From positions 864,001 to 928,000 of the forward strand of contig CAWELD010000003.1 in NCBI GenBank assembly GCA_963809895.1: 64,000 nt of DNA, written 5' to 3'. Origin of the DNA: an uncultured Gemmatimonadales bacterium. Lineage in GTDB: Bacteria > Gemmatimonadota > Gemmatimonadetes > Longimicrobiales > Gaopeijiaceae. Of the stretch, positions 57,674-64,000 are shown piece by piece; the first letter of the stretch is position 1, and each line of letters starts with the position of its first letter. The position numbers were made by a program, and so were the translations under genes. The notes below the pieces were generated by a model. The model had not been told where the DNA came from. It ran no database searches and saw only the letters and a list, made by a program, of their open reading frames with translations.

Positions 57674-58627
57674 TCAGCCGCGGCTCGCGGCGGCGGACGG
57701 CGCGGCGAAGCCCTCGCCCAGCCGGCCCTCGAACGCCCGAATGGAATCGAAGATCTCGAGCTCGTCGAAGGGCAGCGTCATGTCGTCCAGCACCGGGGCC
57801 TGCTCCACGTCGCCACCGAGGGCCAGCGCGAAGGGATGCGCGGGGTCGTAGAACTCGCCCAGGATGCGAACGCACCGCTTCATGTCCGCGCCGGTGTTGG
57901 GGGGCGCGAACGAGATACACACCAGGTCGGCGCCGCGGGACCGTTGCACCGCGGAGAAATCCTCCACCGGGACGTCGGCGCCCAGGAAATAGACGCGCCA
58001 GCCCTTCCGCTCGAGGAGCAGGCGCACGCACAGTGCGCCGAGATGATGCCGGTCGCCCTCCATGGCGCCCACGATGGCCGCGGGCATGGAATCCCCTCGT
58101 TCGAGGGTCGCATCGCCGTCGCCCACACTTCGCAGGCCGAGGAGGGTCTCCACCAGGGCTTCCGACGCCATGTGCTCCTCGCCCACCCGCAGTCGACCTT
58201 CACGCCAGGCGTCGCCGATCTGGCGCATGAACCCGCGGATGCCCTCGTCGCAGAAGGCGGCGAAGTCCACGTCGGGATGGCGTCCGAGCTCGAGATACAG
58301 GCGCGCCAGGCGACGCAGGTGGCCGCGTGCGAGCCATCCCATGGCCAACGAATGAACCCGATCGAAGGCGCCGTCGTCCACGACCCTGCGGACGGCGGTC
58401 CACACGTGCCCCTCATAGGGAGAGAAGGGCGCGAGATACGTGTCGATGCCCCGGACGCGCGCGAGCTCGAGGGCCTCCTGCAGGTGGATACGCCTGTGGC
58501 CCCCCTCGGTCTTGTCCACCGACAGTTCCCCGTCGTTGCACCAGCGCTTCACGCTGGACGGGTGGACGTCCAGGAGGTCCGCCACCTGGGTCGTGGTGAG
58601 GAAGAGCTCGGAGTTGAAGCGTTCCAT
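57674..58627 (-). CDS. HTH + cobalamin-binding regulator (CarH/LitR-like)
   Basis: N-terminal HTH (VADLLDVHPSSVKRW..G...T.GGHRR), W-x9-EH (WREGRLRVGEEH), DxHxxG (DRHHLG), LGADVP; first gene of the crt operon. Confidence 0.8.
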   Translation of the reverse strand: MERFNSELFLTTTQVADLLDVHPSSVKRWCNDGELSVDKTEGGHRRIHLQEALELARVRGIDTYLAPFSPYEGHVWTAVRRVVDDGAFDRVHSLAMGWLARGHLRRLARLYLELGRHPDVDFAAFCDEGIRGFMRQIGDAWREGRLRVGEEHMASEALVETLLGLRSVGDGDATLERGDSMPAAIVGAMEGDRHHLGALCVRLLLERKGWRVYFLGADVPVEDFSAVQRSRGADLVCISFAPPNTGADMKRCVRILGEFYDPAHPFALALGGDVEQAPVLDDMTLPFDELEIFDSIRAFEGRLGEGFAAPSAAASRG

Positions 58628-58797
58628 GGTCGCGCCTCGATCGGATCAGGGGCGACGACGCAACGGCCTGTCGTCGCATAAACGACTACGACACAATATC
58701 CGAGCGAAACAGCGAAGACGTCAAGGGCGGATGAACGCGAGCTCTTCGTTCATCGCGCGCACCGACGAACGTTTCCGAGGTCCCGGGAGGTCGAGCG

Positions 58798-59457
58798 TCA
58801 GATCTCGGGGCGCTCCAGAAGGGATCCGTCCTCGGCGAGGGCGGGGTAGGGTGCCCCGGCGGCGCGGCACCGTTCCGCGAGCTCCGGATACGCCCACTCG
58901 AAGAGGCGACGCCCGAACGCGGGCTCCGGGATGCGGGCGCTTCGGTACATGCCGGCGTCGGCCCGTTGCCGCTGCGCTTCGAAGAGGAGAAGCGCCGTGG
59001 CCACCGACACGTTCAGCGAGCGCACCATTCCCACCATGGGAATCACGACGCGCGTGTCGGCCAGGGCCAGTCCCTCGTCGCTGATGCCGAAGAGCTCGGC
59101 GCCCATCATGAAGGCGGTCGGGCGCGTGTAGTCCACGTCGCGGAAATCGGTGGCGTCCCCTTCAGGGTGCGCCGCCACCACGCGGTATCCCCTGTCGTGG
59201 AGGCCGCGGACCGCGTCACCGATGGACGTGTGCTCGTGCACGTCCACCCATTTCGAAGAGCCCGCCGAGGTGTGGTGATGCAGCTCCACTCCACGCTCGG
59301 GCGGCACGATGTGGGCTTCCAACACACCCACCGCGTCGGCGTTCCTGAGAATGGCCGAGAAGTTGTGCGTCTTGTTGACGCGTTCCATGATGACGGTGAG
59401 GTCCGGTTGCCGGCGTGCCAGGACGCGGCGCAAGCGGGCGTACCGTTCGGGGGTCAT
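58798..59457 (-). CDS. trmH: tRNA (guanosine-18-2'-O)-methyltransferase
   Basis: MTPERY...RQPDLTV, HNFSAILR, GAELFGIS, IPMVGMVRSLNVSVA. Confidence 0.92.
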   Translation of the reverse strand: MTPERYARLRRVLARRQPDLTVIMERVNKTHNFSAILRNADAVGVLEAHIVPPERGVELHHHTSAGSSKWVDVHEHTSIGDAVRGLHDRGYRVVAAHPEGDATDFRDVDYTRPTAFMMGAELFGISDEGLALADTRVVIPMVGMVRSLNVSVATALLLFEAQRQRADAGMYRSARIPEPAFGRRLFEWAYPELAERCRAAGAPYPALAEDGSLLERPEI

Positions 59458-59603
59458 GTGGGAGGACGCCTCCGGAAAGCTCCGGGAAGAGGTCGGTGAC
59501 TCGATGAAAGACAGTATAGCGTCGGGACCCGGATCGTGGGCGCAGGCGGGACCGATCGTTATACTTGAGGTTGTCCTACCCTCCCTTCTCACGACGATCT
59601 GAC

Positions 59604-60698
59604 ATGGCCGATTCTCCCCCGCGGGTCGCCGGCGCGCCCACCCACTCCGATGGGCCCGGCGCGTCCCAGCGGATTCCGCCTGCACCCGCGAGCACGCCCG
59701 TGGTCGTGGTCGACGACGAACCCGGCATCCTCAGGGCCGTCCAGCGCGTCTTGCAGGGCTCCGGATATCCCGTCGACGCCTTCGAGAGTGCTACCGAGGC
59801 ACTTCAGCGGGTCCGCCAGGGAGGCGTCGCGATTCTCATCACCGACCTGGTGATGCCGGAGATGTCCGGCCTGGAGCTTACGCGCCATTCGCTGGGGTCG
59901 GCGCCGGATCTGGCGGTCATCCTCATGACGGGCCGTGGCGACGAGAACACGGCCGCGCAGGCGCTCCGCCTCGGTGTGTGGGACTATCTCCAGAAGCCCT
60001 TCGGCGCCTCGGAGCTCGAGGCCGCGGTCCGCAACGTGCTGGTGCGACGGGCCCTGATCCTCAAGCGTCACGGCAGCTCGGCACGCCTGCGCGAGGCGGT
60101 GGCGTTGCAGGCCCGGGAGATCCAGCAGAGCCGGGCCGAGGTCCAGGATCTCACCCTCGGCGTGCTCACCGTCATGGCCAAGCTCATGGACCACCGCTAC
60201 CCGTGGCTGGAGGGGAACAGCGAGCGCGTGGGCCAGGTGGCTGCGGACGTCGCCCAGGTCCTGGATCTGGACGATCACGAGGTGGAGGACGTGCGCATCG
60301 CCGGCATGCTCCACGACATCGGCATGATCACCCTGCCCGACGACATCATGCGCAAACCCGGCCCCCTCAGCGGGCCGGAATACGACCAGGTCAAGGAGCA
60401 CCCGCGCATCGGGGCCGAGCTCCTGGCGCCGCTGCGCATCTTCAGTCGGGCCTCGGAGTACGTGCTGTTCCACCACGAGCGCATCAACGGCTCCGGTTAT
60501 CCCGACGGCCTCACCGGCAGCGAGACGCCTCTGGGCGCCCAGATCGTGGGCATTGCCGAGTCGTTCGTGACCCTCACCGAGACACGCCCCTTCCGCCCCT
60601 CGGTATCCGACTCCGAGGCGCTGGAGACGCTCCGCATGTCCGAGGGTGTCTGGTTCGACTCGGATCTGCTGGACGCGCTGGCGCGCACCCGGGAGTAG
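59604..60698 (+). CDS. REC-HD-GYP response regulator (partly degenerate)
   Basis: VVDDE, TDLVMP, QKPF; LHDIG, HHERINGSGYP. Confidence 0.85.
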   Translation: MADSPPRVAGAPTHSDGPGASQRIPPAPASTPVVVVDDEPGILRAVQRVLQGSGYPVDAFESATEALQRVRQGGVAILITDLVMPEMSGLELTRHSLGSAPDLAVILMTGRGDENTAAQALRLGVWDYLQKPFGASELEAAVRNVLVRRALILKRHGSSARLREAVALQAREIQQSRAEVQDLTLGVLTVMAKLMDHRYPWLEGNSERVGQVAADVAQVLDLDDHEVEDVRIAGMLHDIGMITLPDDIMRKPGPLSGPEYDQVKEHPRIGAELLAPLRIFSRASEYVLFHHERINGSGYPDGLTGSETPLGAQIVGIAESFVTLTETRPFRPSVSDSEALETLRMSEGVWFDSDLLDALARTRE

Positions 60699-60704
60699 CC
60701 GGAC

Positions 60705-61979
60705 TCAGCTCACGTCGCGCACCAGGTCGTAGCTCACGATGTAGGGCACGTCGAGGTCATCGGTCTCGGAACCCCAGACCCGGTCGCCCACTACGGCGAG
60801 GATGCGGAGGCCGGGCGGGGCGTAGACCCGCCCTTTCGGGGTGCCGTCGGGGGCCAGGACCCACCATTCGACGCCGTCTTCGGTCACCGGCGCACGCTGG
60901 AGCCAGACGCCACCTTCGCGCGTCACGATCACCGACGTCACCGCGGGCACGAAGGGCGGCGCGTAGATGGCGTCGCGGATCTTGCTCTCCAGCGTGGCCT
61001 GGGTGAGCGAAGCGTCCCGCTGTCCCATGAAGCCGAACAAGGCGGTCGCCTGAGCCTCGACGACGCTGTCCACGCGTTCGTTGGGCAGCTCGATCAGCGG
61101 ATACGGGATCTCCACATGGAAGACCGTGTCCCCGGCGGCCACCGCACCCGCGCCGGACATGCTGACGCGGGTGACGGTGAAGGTACCCATGCCCGAGGCG
61201 CCCTCGTCCGGAACCCGCCGCCCCACGGCCACGAAGGCGTCCGAGGAGGGGTGCGGGCCCGCGATGGCCCCGTCCCCGAAGGCCTGTGGAGCGAAGGTGG
61301 CGCCGTTGTCGAAGATGAGGGAGAGCTGGTCGGTGGTACGAAAGTGTTGGACGTAGAGCGTGTCCACCACCTGGCCCGCACTGTCCATGTGGAAGTGCGG
61401 GACACGCTTCAACGTGCCGTCGGCGATGGCCGACGACCAAGCTGGAACGGCACCGTAGAAGCCTCCGCCGCGCAGCGGAAGCTCCGGGCGCGGCGGGGAC
61501 TCGCCGGGCTGACCGCCCGTGACTCGCCCCATCTTCACCGGTGGCTGCTCACTGCCAAGGAAGCGACCGTCGAAATCGAAGAAGCTCATGCGGTACTGCG
61601 CGAGGTCGGCCACCCACAGCGTGTCCCCGAAGAAGCCGATACGGTAGGGTCGGGAGAACTCGCCCGGTCCCTCTCCTTCACGCCCGATGGTGCCGGCAGG
61701 CGCACCTTCCGGCGTCCAACGGCGGAGCGCGGCCTCCTGTCGGTGGAGCGAGACGACGCTGCCGTCAGGTGCCACGGCCAGCGCCTGCACGTAGGCGAAG
61801 CTGGTCGCCGGGTCGTCGACCGATCCGATGCGCACCCCGGGCTCCAGCCGCCACGGCGGCGCCTCGAAGGGATCGCCGGCCTCGGTCTCGCCACCGGCGC
61901 AGGCCGCGACGGCCAGGAGCAGGGCGGGCACACGGAGCGCGCCCAGGGCGCGAGGGACGAAAGGACCGGAGCGAGCCAT
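60705..61979 (-). CDS. 6-bladed beta-propeller lipoprotein
   Basis: Lipobox VAAC; IGREGEGPGEF, DTLWVAD, TDDLDVPYIVSY. Confidence 0.7.
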   Translation of the reverse strand: MARSGPFVPRALGALRVPALLLAVAACAGGETEAGDPFEAPPWRLEPGVRIGSVDDPATSFAYVQALAVAPDGSVVSLHRQEAALRRWTPEGAPAGTIGREGEGPGEFSRPYRIGFFGDTLWVADLAQYRMSFFDFDGRFLGSEQPPVKMGRVTGGQPGESPPRPELPLRGGGFYGAVPAWSSAIADGTLKRVPHFHMDSAGQVVDTLYVQHFRTTDQLSLIFDNGATFAPQAFGDGAIAGPHPSSDAFVAVGRRVPDEGASGMGTFTVTRVSMSGAGAVAAGDTVFHVEIPYPLIELPNERVDSVVEAQATALFGFMGQRDASLTQATLESKIRDAIYAPPFVPAVTSVIVTREGGVWLQRAPVTEDGVEWWVLAPDGTPKGRVYAPPGLRILAVVGDRVWGSETDDLDVPYIVSYDLVRDVS

Positions 61980-62233
61980 GGGACGGAGCCTCCTGTGGGG
62001 TTCGGTCGCGCGGCGTCTACCACCTTAGACGCCACGGGTCGATACGGTGGGCCCTGGGAGGTGTTACGCGCAAGCTCGCCGAGATCGAAGGGTTCACCGT
62101 GATTCTCGCGCCTTGGATGGCCGACGGGTCCGGCGTATTATCGTGCCATCCATGGAGGGCGTCCCGACGAGCGGTCTCGCTGTCATGGCGGCCGCGCGAC
62201 GACGGGGCCCCTGCGCTGACAAGGGGGTACGCG

Positions 62234-64000
62234 ATGACGCCGACCCGCAGCACTATCCAGCCTCTCAGGTCGGGCCGCGCGACCATCGGCCTGGTCCTGC
62301 TCGCACTCCCCCTGACCGGTCTGGTGGCCACCCCCAGAGACGTACGGTCCGGTCAGGGACTCCCTGACACACTGCGGGTCGCGGTCCTCACGTCCTGGCC
62401 ACCGCACTATCAGGTCGATGAGGAGGGGGATCCCACCGGCTTCGCGGTCGATGTGATGCAGGCGGTGGCGAGGCGGGCGTCCATGGCCGTCCGCTTCGTG
62501 CCCTTCGGCACCTTTCCCGAGGCCACCGATGCGCTGAGCCGTGGCGAGGTGGACGTGATCCCCGATTTCGGGATCACGGAAGCGCGCGCGGACGAATTCG
62601 CGTTCACGCGCCCCTTCGAGGCGTTCCGGGTCGTGGTCTTCGCCCGCTCCTCCGATCCCCGTCACCGCTCCCTGGCCGACCTCGCGGGAGCCAGAATCGG
62701 GACCGTGGAGAGCAATGTCGGTGTCGGCCTGGCCCGTGAGCACATCGATCGTGCCGATGTCGTCGTCCTGGCGAGCGTGGAAGAGGCACTCCTGACACTC
62801 CTCGCCGCGGACCTCGACGCCGTGGTGTATCCGGAGGAGGTCTTCAAAGCCGTCGCACGCGCGGCGCAGGTCGACGACCGCATCGTGGTCGTGTCTCCAG
62901 CACTGGCGGAGATTCCCCGGGGCATGGCAATCCGACCGGGCGATCCGGAGCTCGTCGCCGCGCTCGATGGGGCGCTTGAACGATCTGGTGGGGTCTCCTG
63001 AATACGGTGACATCTACCGGAGCTGGTTCTCTAGCGGCCCGTCGTTCTGGACGACGCGGCACTTGTTGTGGTTCGGTGGCGCCTTGCTCGCACTGACCCT
63101 CGTGGGCATGGCGGCGTGGCGCTACCGAAGTGTCACTCGCCTCGCGGATCAGCTGACTCGCACCTTGACGGAGCGCGATGCGGCGCAGGAGGCCAGCCAG
63201 CGTGAAGAACAGCGCTTCCGGACCGTGGTGGACACCATCAACGAGGGGATCGTCATATCCAGTACGGACAATCGCATCGTCTTCGTGAATCCGAGCCTCT
63301 GCCAGCTGGTCGGCGCCGAGGCGGAGGATCTCATGGGCGAAGATCTGTTCACCTACGTGGACGCTTCGTACCACGAGCGACTCCGAGAGGGAATCGCCCG
63401 CCGACAGGCGGGCCTGGCCGACGCCTACGAGTTGGGCATCCGGCGCACGGACGGCGCCGAGGTACGGGTGCTGATCTCGGTGGCCCCACTCCAGGAAGGG
63501 GAAGAGTTCCGCGGCTCCGTAGCCGTGTTGACCGATATCACGGAGCGCACGCGCATGGAAGCGGCGCTTCGAGAACGCGAGCTTCGGTTCCGGGCCTTCG
63601 TGGAGAACGCAACCGACCTGATCAGCACCCTCGATGCCGAGGGGCGAATGGGCTATCAGAGCCCTCCGGTCGCGCGCATGCTGGGCTACCGGCCCGAAGA
63701 GCTGGAGGGCTCGTCCGTCTTCGAGTACGTCCATCCCGACGACCTGGAATCCGCGAGAGAGGCCTGGGGCCGCACGCTGGACAGACCCGGCCGGCCTCAG
63801 CAGGTGGCAGCCTTCCGGTTTCGGCACCACGACGGCAGCTGGCGGGTCCTCACGGCGACGCTGACCAACCTCCTGCAGGACCCGGCGGTGGAGGCGATCC
63901 TCTCCAACGCCCAGGACGTTACCGATCGCTACAGTCTCGAGCGGCAGCTACAGCAGGCCCAACGCCTGGAGGCCGTGGGGCGGCTCGCCAGTGGGATCGC
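62234..64000 (+). CDS. Sensor histidine kinase (SBP_bac_3-TM-PAS-PAS-HisKA start), +1 frameshift at about 62980, runs off window
   Basis: WPPHY..GFAVDV periplasmic binding domain; the shifted frame continues EYGDIYRSWF, a TM helix, two PAS domains and QAQRLEAVGRLASGI. Confidence 0.8.

Noticed and set aside
58628..58797. CarH-type 11-bp direct-repeat operator and promoter
   Set aside because: Only imperfect repeats (GCGAA twice; ATGAACG/CGTTCAT and GCGACGAC/GTCGTCGC inverted repeats) and a 20-bp TTGACG-TATTGT spacing; no convincing operator could be defined.
301..63830. Many long overlapping or antisense ORFs (e.g. 12474-15971 minus, 2645-4669 plus, 28988-31060 minus, extension of crtI to 51099)
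   Set aside because: Shadow frames of GC-rich genes: low-complexity R/G/P/A content or mirror images of well-supported genes, with no motifs.
1..64000. CRISPR arrays, tRNA/rRNA genes, IS elements, prophage or defence genes
   Set aside because: No regularly spaced repeats, cloverleaf motifs, transposase, integrase or phage proteins seen; intergenic gaps are short.

Overview
GC-rich bacterial chromosomal segment. The gene content (6-bladed beta-propeller lipoprotein, VPS10/BNR protein, DUF5916 protein, M56-TonB fusion, TonB-dependent receptor) suggests Gemmatimonadota, by inference only. It holds about 55 densely packed genes; no rRNA, tRNA, CRISPR array or mobile element was seen. Main blocks: envelope and signalling genes (1-17 kb); amino-acid metabolism (pheA, proline dehydrogenase, thrC, thrB, asnB); a Mycobacterium-type ergothioneine cluster (egtB-egtD-egtA plus egtC) with a divergent betaine-family ABC transporter; TBDR-trxC-argR-argCBDA-(argG relic)-argH; aroF and fbaB-rpiA-rpe; an Hpt/REC/hybrid-kinase phosphorelay; and a photoprotection block (class II photolyase, crtI, crtE-crtB fusion, cruF, B12-binding CarH-like regulator). 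The most notable unannotated structure is three parallel candidate leaderless leader-peptide attenuators: FGFWYYGY before aroF, a single Phe before pheA, and Asn-rich before thrB-asnB (a candidate asparagine-sensing attenuator). Also notable: a PLP dehydratase coupled to egtC where egtE is absent, a BlaI/CopY-type operator before an orphan M56-TonB gene, paired ARG boxes, and an argG C-terminal relic. Six single-base +1 frameshifts are probably sequencing errors.
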